From Heptranchias perlo (taxonomy: Eukaryota): a DNA stretch of 64,000 bases. The position numbers and the translations under genes were made by a program. The DNA is taken from positions 105,834,001 through 105,898,000 of the forward strand of contig NC_090330.1 of NCBI RefSeq assembly GCF_035084215.1, read 5' to 3'. This document shows, piece after piece, positions 1 through 12,368 of the stretch. Position 1 is the first letter of the stretch, and every line of letters starts with the position of its first letter. The notes under the pieces were generated by a model. It saw nothing but the letters and a program-made list of their open reading frames with translations. It made no database searches and was not told where the DNA came from.

Positions 1-169
1 ACTCTCCTCCAGATGATGGATGATCAACATACGATGGTAGTGTTCCTCCCTTAGACAAAATGTTATTTGTGTTTTGTACATAACAACAGTCATTGAATTT
101 CAATGTAATTCACTGTATGTGAAGCACTGTAATAAGATGCTATTTAAATACAAGGATTAATGTAGATGA

Positions 170-530
170 ACAATAAATTGCATTTATATAACGCCTTTAA
201 CATGGTAAAACGTCCCAAAGTGCTTCACAGCAGCATTATCAAAGAAAATTTGACACTGAGCCACATAAGGAGATATTAGGGCAGGTGAGGTGGTTTAGAA
301 GGAGAGAAAGGTGGAGAGGTGGAGAGGTTTCGGGAAGGAATTCCAGAGTTTTAAGCCTAGACAACTGAAGGCACGGCTGCCAATGGTGGTGCGATGAAAA
401 TCGGAGATGCGCAAGAGGCCAAAATTGGAGGAGCGCAGAGATCTCGAAGGATTGTAAAGCAGGAGGAGGTTGCAGAGATAGGGAGGGCTGAGGCCATGGA
501 GGGATTTGAAACCAAAAATGAGAATTTTAA
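170..530 (-). mobile_element. L2-clade LINE 3' fragment
   Basis: Reverse complement matches the L2 3' end at 13697-14270 (ORF2 C-terminus and tail); boundaries approximate. Confidence 0.75.
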
Positions 531-1228
531 ATCAGTATTAATCACATCCATTGTAAGCAATATAAAATGTATATAAATACAAATGTGCCTTCCTTAGAGT
601 GTAGGAGCTCCAGGCCTGGGTATACTGATTCATTACCACGAGAGCGTATTGAGATTGTATGTATGATTTCAGCTGAAGACAAAGCTGCAAGTTTATAATG
701 AAAGCTCCCTTCCCCCTGCCCCCAAGCCAGCTCACACACTGATCGGGATGTAGTAAATTACCTGCTTGACATATGTGCTGACTTTTGATTTTCAGTTTAA
801 CTCTGCAGGAGGATTTATGTGAGATGCTGTTTTCTACTAGTCTCCTGCTTGGCAATCCCTGATAAGGCCAAGGGAAAGAGACGAGAGCTTTTTTTTTTCT
901 GTGAAAATCTGATTGGATTAAAGCGCTCCATTGCCATTTGTGCTGGCTCAGTTACTGCATTGTGTTGAAGGTGCACAGCAAATGTAAATCTGGAGCACAG
1001 GGAGGAAGGATATGAAGGAAACAAATGCTCACTTATCAGAGGAAAACCAGAGAATTGCCCTGCTCAGTAACGATCAGAGCTTATTTTGAGCCTCGCAGGA
1101 ACAGGAGTAGGCCATTCAGCCCCTCGAGCTTGTTTTGCTATTCAATGAGATCATGGCTGATCTGTATCTTAACTCCAGCTACCCGCCTTGGTTCCGTAAC
1201 CCTTAATACCCTTGCCTAACATAAATCT

Positions 1229-1445
1229 GATGTGGAGATGCCGGTGATGGACTGGGATTGACAAATGTAAGGAATCTTACAACACCAGGTTATAGTCCAA
1301 CTGTTTTATTTGAAAATCACAAGCTTTCGGAGGCTTTCTCCTTCGTCAGGTACACTCACCTGACGAAGGAGCAAGCCTCCGAAAGCTTGTGATTTTCAAA
1401 TAAAACAGTTGGACTATAACCCGGTGTTGTAAGATTCCTTACATT
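1229..1445. mobile_element. Penelope-like pseudo-LTR fold-back with two hammerhead motifs
   Basis: 89-bp inverted arms 1263-1351 and 1358-1446 (2 mismatches); family tail at 1229-1262 on the minus strand; TSD taacataaatct/taacaaaaatct at 1217-1228 and 1446-1457. Confidence 0.85.
1356..1392 (+). ncRNA. Minimal type I hammerhead ribozyme motif (Penelope-associated)
   Basis: TCAC-CTGACGA-A-GGAG caagc CTCC-GAAA-GCTT-GTGA: stem I, catalytic core, stem II and palindromic AGCT stem III. Confidence 0.8.
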
Positions 1446-2431
1446 TAACAAAAATCTATCAATCTCAGTTTTGAAATTTTCAATTGACCCCCAGCCTCAA
1501 CAGCTTTTTGGGAGCGAGAGTTCCAGATTTCCACTCCCCTTTGTGTGAAGAAATGCCTCCTGACATCACCCCTATGGCCTAGCTCTAATTTTAAGGTTAT
1601 GCTGCCTTGTCCTGGACTCCCCCCACCAGAGGAAATAGTTTCTCTCTATCTACCCTATCAACTCATTTAATCACCTTAAACACCTCAATTAAATCACCTT
1701 CATGGGAATACGAGCTTAGTCTATGTCACCTGTCCTTATAATTTAACCCTTTTAGCCCAAGTATCATTCTGATGCAATGAAATTTGCCTCAAATTTGGTT
1801 TTGACTTTGGAGGGTCTGCAATTTGTATCCTCTGAAGCCAACTTTGAATCGTAATATAAAAAGCAAAGTATGCAAGTCAAGTGTGGCACGCTTTGTGGAA
1901 CTTTGCGTATTTCCTGCAGAAAATTTTGATTTCAAACCTCCTTCCCTCCCCACCAAATGTTATCTCAAAATATCCCACAATTTCTGTTTCAGTTTTAAGA
2001 CAAAAATGATTGAGTTGCACAAAATTGATGCACTTTCTCAGATCATGGTCGAATGTGGATCATGGTGTAGGTTACAGAACGCAATGCATATATTGATAAT
2101 CTGATCAATTTGGCATATTTGATTCTTAGGTATGTTGGGGGGGGTGGTGACAGGGGATCCTTGGGTATTTATTTTTAGGTTAAGTACCACATGTCATTTC
2201 TGTACAGTACATTTTTTCTAAAATTGGGTTCAGGGTGCTGCTGGTTGTAAAAGTATAGTTTCAGTACCCAGTCGAGCACATGAGAAATGGGTTGTCTGGT
2301 GGAGTGGCAGGAGTGTGCCTTTGAAATTCATTCTTGATTCCTTTTCAAATTGGGGAGTTTAAAAATACATAAATACTTGTGAACTTAGTGCATTGCTAGT
2401 GGTTGTAAGTAATAGTAGATATCACTAACTG

Positions 2432-3290
2432 CATAGAATTTACAGCACAGAAACAGGCCATTCAGCCCAACTGGTCCATGCTAGTGTTTATGATCCATAC
2501 GAGCCTCCTCCCACCCCTCTTCATCTAATTCTATCAGCATATCCTTCTGTTCCTTTCTCCCTCATGTACTTCCTCTTAAATGCATCTCTGATATTCACCT
2601 CAAGTACTCCTTGTGGTAGCGAGTTCCACATTCTAACCACTCTCTGGGTAAAGAAGTTTCTCTTGAATTCCCTATTGGATTTATTAGTGACTATCTTATA
2701 TTTATGGACCTTAGCTTTGGTCTCCCCCACAAGTGGAAACATCTCCTCTACGTCTACCCGATCAAACCCTTTCATAATGTTAAAGACCTCTATCAGGTCA
2801 CCCCTCAGCCTTCTCTTTTCTGGAGAAAAGAGCCCCAGCCTGTTCAATATTTCCTGGTAGGTATAACCTCTCAATTCTGGTATCATCCTTGTAAATCTTT
2901 TTTGCACCTTCTCTAGTGTCTCTATATCCTTTTTATAATATGGAGACCAGAACTGTGCACAGTGCTCTCACTTGTGGTCTAACCAAGGTTCTATACAAGT
3001 TTAACATAACTTCTCTGCTTTTCAGTTCTATTCCTCTGGAAATGAACTCCAGTGCTTTATTTGCTTTTTAATGGCCTTATTAACCTGCATTGCTACTTTT
3101 AATGATTTCTGTTTTTGTGCCCCTAGATCTTTGCTCCTCTACTCCATTTAGACTCTTATTTTTTCAAGGAATATGTGGCCTCCTTATTCTTCTTATCAAA
3201 ATGCACCACCTCATAGTTATCTACGTTGAAATTCATTTGCCAATTACATGCCCATTCTGCAAGTTTATTAATGCATTCTTGCATTTTGTC
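2432..3290 (-). mobile_element. CR1 LINE 3' fragment (RT C-terminus and 3' UTR)
   Basis: ORF 2521-2907 QKRFTRMIPELRG...RRLRGDLIEVF...FFTQRVVRMWNSLP. Confidence 0.9.
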
Positions 3291-4599
3291 ACATAAAGAT
3301 GCCTTTTTGAATATCTCCAGCCTTGTAGTGGTGGTAATGTGTAGAAGAGGAACTGGAGAAGATTTCTAATTCTTGCACCTCTATACAATATACAAAGGGG
3401 ACTATCTTATTCTTGTGGAATGCAGAATACTTGGGTTGGGGGGGGCGAGGGGAGTCTGATGTTACTCAAAAAGGAAACCTCAGGTGACATCATCCTGAGA
3501 GGTATATGCCGAGACTGAACAAGAAATTGCAAACTTGTTGACCTTGTCAAAGAACCAGTGCTGTTTCATAGACTGCTTTCAAAACATACTCCGTGTACAC
3601 TCATAGTAATGTTGGCAGTGACAAGCTTCTATTAAAGATGCGTGGCCACCAGGAGGTTGGGTAAGTATTCCAATGGACAATGTAGCCTCAGAGTGGAGTC
3701 AGCTTGGATTATGATTCTAGTACCAGAGATGGAAGTAAGGTTACAAAAAAGGTCATTGTATTTTTTTACAGACAAGTAATTTGATTCCTGTTTGAATACT
3801 CTGCCTGATTTGTGATTTCCAATCCCACAGTACACTCCAAATCCCACAGTGACCTGCTTATATCAAACAGTAACCAGACAATTCACAAGAGCAAGAGGTG
3901 ACCATAGCATAAAGCAAACAGCTGTACTAGGCTCTCCCACAGTACTCTTCCCTCCTCCTCTGGGATTCATGTTTACACTTGGCCTAACACTGAAACGTCT
4001 ACAGTGCTTTGTGCAGGGTTCTGCAGAAAGAGAATGGAAACATCTTTTCAGAACTCTTCTACACTTGGAGATTAGAGTCTGGTGTTATGGTAACCTTTGT
4101 GGTTTTTGGAGGTGCCAAATTTTCCCAGCTTTGGAGAACCCCCGCGTGCCTTTTATATGAGATTGCAGGACATGGTCTTGTTTTCAGGGGTGTGGTCATT
4201 CCAATATGTGGGAAAGTTTGATCCATTTATTCTTCAGTCCCTGCCAGCAGCTATCCCGAGTCAGTTTACTTCCTTGGAAGAGAAGTGACCATAAATATCT
4301 CACCCCACGGGTTCTCCTTTTGGTTCACTAATGGCTCAATCCTGTTTCAAAGCTGCTCCACCATGCCAACTTATTTCAGGGCCTCCATTTTGAGTCGGAC
4401 ACCATTTTAAAATAAATCTCTTGTCATTCCAAAGAAGAATCCTATTTACATTAGGGTGGACAGAATTGTTTTGTGGGTGCACAGGATCAGTTCAAGGGAA
4501 ACTGAAATAACTAATGGTGCTAATAAAACTCCATTTTCAGAATGGTGTGCTGGATCAGTTTCAAAAATATAGTTTTGATTGAATGTTGAAACAAATATA

Positions 4600-4895
4600 A
4601 ACAAAGACTTGCACTTACATAATGCCTTTCATGATCTCAGGACATCCCAAAGCGCTTCACAGTGAAGTACTTTTCAAGTGTAGTCACTGTTATAAAGTAG
4701 GAAATGCGGCAGCCAAAATTGCACAGCAAGGTCCCGCAAACAGCAATGTGATTTAGTGATGTTGGTTGAGGGCTAAATATGGGCCAGGACACAGGGGAGA
4801 ACTCCCCTGCTCTTCTTCAAAATAGTTCCATGGGAGCTTTTACATCCACCTGAGAGGGCAGACGGGGCCTCGGTTTAACGCCTCATCCGAAGGAC
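4600..4895 (-). mobile_element. Deu-domain SINE fragment with L2-like tail
   Basis: Matches the Deu core and tail of the full copy at 33160-33585. Confidence 0.75.
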
Positions 4896-6011
4896 AGACG
4901 ATACCATTCCTGCTTAAATTGGTGTCATGTTTCCATCCAGGATTTTCTGTTGGCTCCAAAAGATATTTGTGGTAACATGTAGCTAAATGTTACAGGCAGA
5001 TCTGTCTCAACAGAAATAAATGTAAAAGATTTGGACAACTTAATTTTCTCCAATTAATGATGAAGCAAAATGTATATCTAGAAATGCTGTCCAGATCAAT
5101 TATTTTGCAGCAGGTTGGAATCAGCATAGTGACAAAGCAGATCAGGCGTAACAGCAAGACAGTCAGACAGTGAGGTGAGTTTATTGGTGAACTGATTTCT
5201 GCACCTTTCTCAGATACCGAGCCCAGCTTTTTGACAAATGGATTTGCCTTGTTTCATTTGAGACCAATTTTTAAGACCTGGACACCACACTTTCCCTCTG
5301 AAACCCAATTAACATTCAAGATATTGTATTTGTGTCAATACCAATGCAATACTGTATCTAAATACACAAATGAATTAAAAAACAATAATCTAGAATTGTA
5401 TGAATAGGGTTCAAAGGTAATTATCCCCGTCCCCCAGCCACAAAACAATAACAGATTAGAGCAGACTAGCATATAAATATTCATGTTCCACAATTATTTA
5501 ATTGAACTGTAAATAATAGCACAGTCGAGACCTGTTATTTTCATACTTCGTTTTAACTTAATTTGATAATTAACATAAAATGACTGTGTCGTTTCTCCCT
5601 CTCTCAAATTATGCATAAAGCCTCATTGCAATAAAACATGATTACCTACAACCCATTAAAGGCAGCATTATAATCTATTGCCAATAAGGACTCACACCCG
5701 CAGCCATTTCTTCATTCCTAATAGATCATGAACTATAAACCACATAACAAATGCAGTGAATTTAATAATGGCGAGGCCTGACCACAATTCTTTCCCCACT
5801 GTGTCTCAGAAACTGTAGATAGCAAGATAGTGCACAGAATACTGAAATTTAGAAGCTGAGGGATCAGTGGCTTTTAAAGTTATGGAATACGAACTATTCC
5901 CAGTTAAACTTGACCATAGTATCTTCTCAGAAAGTGTTGTAATATCAAAATTAGATTTTTTCTATATGTTGCACTTTTCCCTTGAGGGTAATCCCAAGGA
6001 TATCTCCTTTG

Positions 6012-6557
6012 AGACCTCACCTGGAGTACTGTGTACAGTTTTGGTCTCCTTATCTAAGGAAGGATACACTTGCCTTAGAGGCGGTGCATCGAAGGTTCAC
6101 TAGATTAATTCCTGGGATGAGAAGGGTTGTCCTTTGAGGAGGTTGAGTAGAATTGTCCTATACTCCCTGGAGTTTAGAAGAATGAGAGGTGATCTCATTG
6201 AAACATATAAGATTCTGAGGGGGCTTGACAGGGTAGATGCTGAGAGGTTGTTTCCCCAGGCTGGAGAGTCTAGAACTAGAGAGCAGAGTCGCAGGATAAG
6301 GGGTCGGCCATTTAAGACTGAGATGAGGAGGCATTGTGAATTCTCTACCCTAGAGGGCTGTGGATGCTGAGTCATTGAGTATATTCAAGACTGAGATAGA
6401 TAGAATTTTGGACTCTAGAGGAATCAAAGGATTATGGGGATCAGGCAGGAAAGTGGAGTTGAGGTTGAAGATCAGGCACGATCTGATTGAATGGCGGAGC
6501 AGGCTCGAGGGGCCATATGGCCTACTCCTGCTCCTATTTCTTATGTCCTTATGTTCT
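6012..6557 (+). mobile_element. CR1 LINE 3' fragment
   Basis: ORF LYSLEFRRMRGDLIETYKILRGLDRVD; 3' repeat ttcttatgtccttatgttctt. Confidence 0.9.
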
Positions 6558-6727
6558 TGTAACTCCCTTTCACTTAATAATTTCCCTGTGTAAATGCAAG
6601 AGCAGGAAGACAGCTGCAAAAGAAATAGGAACAGTGAAACTATTAAACTATTTTCTGCACTATGGCAGTTCCTAGAATGATACCAGGAATGTGATGTTTT
6701 AGTTATGAAGAAAGGCTCAAAAGTTAG

Positions 6728-7317
6728 TGGGGGTGAAAATCCCTCTGGGCCCGATCTTGACATGGGGCAGGCAGCGCGGCCAAAAGCGGGAGGCCGTGGC
6801 CCATGGCCCGAGGCCCTCCTATAATTTGGCCTCGGGCCTCATCTAATTAACGTGGGCAAGCTGTGGCGCCTGCCGCGCTTCCACAGATGCCCATTGCTGG
6901 CAGGTTAGTGCCTCAGGTTAGTGCCGTGGCGGGCGGTAGGACCGCGTTGGGGGGGGGGAGGCGCGGTGATCACGGCAGGAGTCCTGTGGAGTCGGGAGAA
7001 GCATTCCTGCTCCTCCTGGCTCCACATCAATTATATAAAAAAAAATTCAGCTTACCCTTTTAGTGGCGGCCGCTTACTAGGTTGCGTTCAAGCATAAGAA
7101 ACCTGAGGCTTTGAATCCTGCTCCATTAAAGGGCAGCCCAATTTATCATAGGGGTCCTAAAACAGGCATCAGGCCCTTAGTTAGACTACGTAAAGGGCCT
7201 AATGCCTGCTTCAGATGGCCACCATGGACGTCCGAAAATCGTCCACAGCCAATATGGCGTCAGATGTTTTACAGGTGGACATGGTGCGCAGGGCATAGCC
7301 CAGCGAAATTGGTCACT
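6728..7317. mobile_element. GC-rich non-autonomous DNA transposon (MITE-like, probably Harbinger)
   Basis: GC-rich block with ggggtgaaaat.../...gaaattggtcac ends; shares gcattcctgctcctcctggctccac with 14670-14715. Confidence 0.4.
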
Positions 7318-7988
7318 ATTGTCTCCCATTTTCTGTTAGGAAAACGGGTGCAATGATGAACAATTTCTATCCCATTATTTTTCTTGCACTGGTTAAAGGG
7401 AATGTAACGGAGGTTGTCAACATTCTGAAAGGTTTTGAGACGTTAGGTGGTGAAAGATTGCTTCCTCTGTTTTGGGCTTATTGGTAACAAGAGAGCATAG
7501 GTTCAGGATGATCACTAGAAGAACAAAGAAAGCATTCAGAGGACACTCCTGTACACAGACGGTTATCAGAACACAGAATGCTTTACCTCAGGTGGTACTG
7601 AGGTAAAGACAATGGCCTGGGTCTGCCACTTGTGTCCAACAGCCTCCAATTACCTGCCCTTCCACTTCGATGACTGGCTGACTCAGGTGCAGGAAACTCC
7701 AGCCAATGACCTCATTTTAATAGGAAACTGGACATGTATTTGAAAAGGAAGAATGTAAAAAGAATTCATGGAGATGCTCTGGCAAAGGTGCGATGGGCTA
7801 AACAACCACCTTCTGCGTTGTAATTTCTATGATTCTATCCTAACCCTCAGCAATATGAAACATAAAAGGGGGGGTAGGGATTTTTAACCCCCAAGAACGG
7901 GTGGGTTGGGGTCAGTCGGGACCTTAATTAGTTCAAATGTAAGGAATCTTACAACACCAGGTTATAGTCCAACAAATTTATTTTAAAA

Positions 7989-8025
7989 TCACAAGCTTTC
8001 GGAGATTATCCCCTTCGTCAGGTGA
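7989..8025 (-). ncRNA. Minimal hammerhead ribozyme motif
   Basis: TCAC-CTGACGA-A-GGGGA taa TCTCC-GAAA-GCTT-GTGA. Confidence 0.8.
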
Positions 8026-8259
8026 ATGAGTGAAAGGTTCTCAAATCGCATATCTTATATTAGGCTGGGACAGCATCACACCAATCAAAAGGTGTCGTTG
8101 TTGTTCAAACAGGCCAGTCACGGAGAACAGCATGTCCCAGTACACTGGATATACATTGTGTCAATTACACAGACAAAGAAAGAGACCCAAATGGCAGTGA
8201 GAGAGAGAGAGAGAATATTAAAACACATAACTTTTTTTTTCCCCTTTTTGCTGGTGGGG

Positions 8260-8400
8260 TTACGTGTAGCGTGACATGAACCCAAGATCCCGGTTGAGGC
8301 CGTCCTCATGGGTGCGGAACTTGGCTATCAACTTCTGCTCGACGATTTTGCGTTGTCGTGTGTCTCGAAGGCCGCCTTGGAGAACGCTGACCCGAAGATC
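8260..8400 (-). pseudogene. Penelope GIY-YIG endonuclease C-terminal fragment
   Basis: Manual translation DLRVSVLQGGLRDTRQRKIVEQKLIAKFRTHEDGLNRDLGFMSRYT*, with the E..LI...GLN motif that ends PLE GIY-YIG domains. Confidence 0.85.
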
Positions 8401-8749
8401 CACCCCAGTCCATCACCAGCACCTCCACATCTTAATTAGTTCAGGCAGGTGGGTAGTTATCGCAACAAATAATGTCCTTACGAGACGTTAGCTAAGCCTT
8501 TTTAAATTGATTTTCATCGACCTTTAAATTTAACGCCTCCGGCGCGGGCTTCCCTGGGTTCGTCAATCTCGCCAGTAAAAAGGAGGTGAGAAGAGACTGA
8601 TCATGAGGTACGTGCCTTTATTGCACTGCTTGTAGGCCAGGTGGAGCAGGAGTGTTTCCTCCAGGCCCAACAAGCTTACCTGCTGCAATCAGGCCCCCAC
8701 GATGGGCCAACCCCCTCCTCCACGTCCGAGAGCCCCCCCTGCCGGTGTC

Positions 8750-8970
8750 CAAGATCATCCCCGATCTCTGAGACACCCCGATCTCCGAGATACCCCCTGA
8801 TCTCAAGACCCCCCTCAATCTCTGAGACACCCCTCAATCTTTGTGAACCCCTCCCGATCTTCATGAACCCCCCCCCCGATCTCCGAGACCCCCCCACCGC
8901 GATCTCTAAGAACTTCCCGATCTCCAAGACCCCTCCGATCTCCGAGGCCCTCCGGTGACTGAGACCTCCA
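8750..8970 (+). repeat. Degenerate ~17-18-bp minisatellite (ccccgatctccgagac-like)
   Basis: About 10 imperfect units of gatctc(c/t)(g/a)agac-cccc. Confidence 0.75.
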
Positions 8971-9414
8971 CCCCCAGCGACCAAGGCACCACCCCCGGTG
9001 ACCGAGACCAAACCCTCCCTCCCCGGCGTCCGATTTCACACCTCCCCAACTTCATACTAGCCCAACGATGTCCAATTCCCTCCCCACCTCCCCAACCCCG
9101 CGATCGTCACCCCCATCCAACCCTCAAAGATCCCAATCTCTCCCCGACCCCCACCCCCCCACCCCCATCCGACTTACCTTCCATCCGCTCTCCGGCTGCT
9201 TTCCCCCATGAAAAGCAACTGGCCTGTCAATCAAGCTGGCTAGTGGGCAGGAAACCCTTTGAAAGATTTTAAACTAGGTTCTACTGTTAAATCCAGTACG
9301 ACTGCGGGAGATGCTTACTTCTGGGTTTTCCATACGCAAAACCCTGCCCCCCACTCCTTGCTCTCTTCCCAGCTCCAAATTAAAATCCAGGCCAACGAGT
9401 GGAACATGTCTTAG

Positions 9415-9850
9415 AGTCACACAGCACCGAAGGAGGCCATTCGGCCCATTGTGCCTGTGCCGGCTCTTTGAAAGAGCTGTCCAATTAGTCCCACTCCCCT
9501 GCTCTTTCCCCATAGCCCTGTAAATTTTTTTCCTTAAAGTATTTGTGCAATTCCCTTTTGAAAGTTACTATTGAATTTGCTTCTACCACCCTTTCAGGCA
9601 GCGCGTTCCAGATCATAACAATTCACCACGTAAAAAAATTCTCCTCATCTCCCCTCTGGTTCTTTTGCCAATTCCCTTAAATCTGTGTCCTCTGCTAACC
9701 GACCCTCTTACCACTGGAAACCGTCTCTCCCTATTTACTCTATTAAATCCCCTCATAATTTTGAACACCCTCTATTAAATCTCCCCTTAACCTTCTCTGT
9801 TCTAAGGAGAACAATCCCAGTCTCGCCACATAACTGAAGTCCCTCATCAT
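9415..9850 (-). mobile_element. CR1 LINE 3' fragment
   Basis: aggaggccattcggccc...ctctttgaaagagct 3' end plus RT C-terminal remnant. Confidence 0.85.
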
Positions 9851-10135
9851 TTCTTCATCAATATTAGTCTTCAAATAAGAAAAAAAAGAACCATAGCACC
9901 AACCACAGTCTCAGGACATCCCAAAGCACTTAACAGGCATGAAGTACTACTTAGAATTGCTGTCACTGTTGTAATGTAGGAAACATAGCAGTCAATTTAA
10001 TTGTTTATTTTCCTAAAATGCATTAGCGATAGAAAGAAGGACTTAATTCAAGGGGGTAATTTAGCCAGATCTTTATTAAATAAATACTTGCTGAGCATTA
10101 GCACGTTTGTGCTTTGTGCTACTTAGTGTTCTGGG

Positions 10136-10276
10136 ACATTTTCACATCGTTCACCTGACGAAGGAGGAAGCCTCCGAAAGCTTGTGAATTTAAAATAAAA
10201 TTGCTGGACTATAACTTGGTGTTGTAAAATTGTTTACCATTGTCAACCCCAGTCCATCACCGGCATCTCCACATCA
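10136..10276 (+). mobile_element. Solo Penelope pseudo-LTR unit with hammerhead (10151-10187)
   Basis: Perfect 12-bp TSD tagtgttctggg at 10124-10135 and 10277-10288; TCAC-CTGACGA-A-GGAGG aag CCTCC-GAAA-GCTT-GTGA; ends in the family tail. Confidence 0.9.
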
Positions 10277-11745
10277 TAGTGTTCTGGGCACTGTTGTTTG
10301 TTTTCCTTCACTTTCCGTTTATTCTGTTTTCACTTTTAGTTGTTCTTTCTTTAGTCATACTTTTTCCGTGGTTTGATTGCTTTAACTTTTCAGTATTTGT
10401 GAAAGAAAACGATTTTTTGGCAACTGTAGGACACTGGAATTTTACAAAACAAAACCCCCCAAAATATTTACATTTTTACCAAACTGAGAAACACACATAC
10501 ACACACACATACATAAAAACTCTGAAACCTAAATATACCTGATATGAGAGACATTGGAAAGCTGGTGACTCTTTCACATAATCTGAATGTCTGCAGGCCC
10601 AACCATACTGGATTACTATGAGGGAGAGGTCGAGTCCTTGACTGAGATTAATATTGAACTCAGCCCGATTCACTGCCTTTGGGTTTCCCACTGGAGACTC
10701 ACTTGTATCCAGACGCGAAACATCTTATTAACCTTCTTCGCTTTGCTGCATGTCAGTGCAATTCAGTCATATGGTGATAGGCAGTACTGGCGGTGTGATC
10801 TGCCTGGATCCAGGAACTCTGTAAATTGGTTCAGTCAGAGATTTATGTGCATTCTCTGATTAAATCAGGCTAAATTCTTCCAGGTTTGCTTTGATTCCCC
10901 TTCCCGAGAGCATTGTCTGACAGGACATGCTTATTCAGATGAAATGGTTGTGCAACCCCTGTCAGCTTCAATGACAGGGCGCGACAGGAGTTGGTTGATC
11001 TTGACGATTTGTGTTGATAGCCTCTCCTTTCCATAGTTGGTGCTGTGACTCTTATGCCCTATGCCTTCGTTAGCCTGGTTGCTCCTTCTTGAACAATGGT
11101 GGTCGGCCTTCAACAAGCTTATGTTGTACTAACGCTGGTCAAATTCTGAGTGGTGATAACCTATACCTTCTTGGGATTGATGAATGATAAGTCTGGTGTC
11201 ACTGCTGTGACTGTGGACTTTGATTAGTCAACATTCGTACATTACCTAGTCTGATTTCTCCTGTACCATTGCTGTACATTGATGGAACCTGCCACCCTAT
11301 GTTTAGGTGCATTTGTCCCTGTTCTCTTTATTGCCTCCTTGTTTGTTTCGTAATCTGAAAAAAAAAAATTACAATAAGAAAGTTTCAAAACAAGAAAAAA
11401 AAATCAAGCAGGAAATATTTGTCATAATACAACAATGAGCAGCCAGTAGACAAGTGTAGACAAAAGCATTTCACAGGATAATCATACGGTCACACAGCTT
11501 TGGGGCATAAAATGATTACAAGCCTTTCAAATATTACTATGGGCCTTATATGAGAAAGGGAAAGAAAGAACTTGGATTTACATGGAGCCTTTCATGACCT
11601 CAGGACGTCCTGAAGCGTTTTACTGCCAATGAAGTACCTTTGAAGTGTCGTCATTGTTGTAATGTAGGAATATAGAACAAGTTATCAGATTATAACATAT
11701 GTATTACTAATAACTCTCCTTATAAAACAGTTATTCAGACCTTTA

Positions 11746-12368
11746 TGTTGGCCTTTATTACAAGAGGATTTGAGGACAGAAGTAAAGATGTCTTACTGCA
11801 ATTATATAGGGCCTTGGTGAGACCGCACCTGGAGTATTGTGTACAATTTTAGTCTTCTTATCTAAGAAAGGATATATTTGCCATAGAGGGAGTGCAACAA
11901 AGGTTCACCAGACTGATTCCTTGGATGGTGGGATTGTCGTATGAGGAGAGATTGAGTAGACTGGGCCTGTATTCTCTAGAGTTTAGAAAAATGGGAGGTG
12001 ATCTCATTGAAACATACAAAATTCTTACAAGGCTCGACCGGGTAGGTGCAGGGAGGATGTTTCCCCTGGCTGGGGAGTCTAGAACCAGGGGTCACAGTCT
12101 CAGAATAAGGAGAAGGCCATTTAGGACTGAGGTGAGAAGACATTTCTTCACTCAGAGGGTGGTGAATCTTTGGAATTCTCTACCCCAGAGGGCTGTGGAG
12201 GCTCAGTCATTGAGTACATTCAAAACAGAGAGCGATAGATTTCTAGACATTAAAGGCATCAAGGGATATGGGGATGGTGCAGGAAAATGGCGTTGAGATA
12301 GAAGATCAGCCATGATCTTGTTGAATGGCGGAGCAGGCTCGAGGGGCTCCTATTTCTTATGTTCTTAT
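11746..12368 (+). mobile_element. CR1 LINE 3' fragment
   Basis: ORF 11892-12296 QQRFTRLIP...GDLIETYKIL...FFTQRVVNLWNSLP. Confidence 0.9.

Larger units (their letters stand above)
1100..1770 (-). mobile_element. CR1 LINE 3' fragment interrupted by a Penelope-like fold-back
   Basis: CR1 3' end (aggagtaggccattcagcccctcgag) resumes after 1446 as aacaaaaatctatcaatctcag. Confidence 0.75.
7936..8430 (-). mobile_element. Penelope-like element, 5'-truncated and inverted, with direct 30-nt tail
   Basis: 13-bp TSD cttaattagttca at 7923-7935 and 8431-8443; GIY-YIG C-terminus and hammerhead on the minus strand; tail 8401-8430 on the plus strand. Confidence 0.9.
7870..9393 (+). mobile_element. Harbinger-type MITE containing a Penelope insertion and a minisatellite
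   Basis: Both ends resemble the TIR/TSD-bounded element at 27780-28531 in opposite orientation. Confidence 0.55.

Noticed and set aside
3850-4410. Possible solo LTR (TATA-like catataaaagg on the minus strand)
   Set aside because: No TG...CA ends with TSD or second copy could be established.
8641-9272. Proline-rich ORFs
   Set aside because: They arise from the C-rich minisatellite and low-complexity MITE interior.
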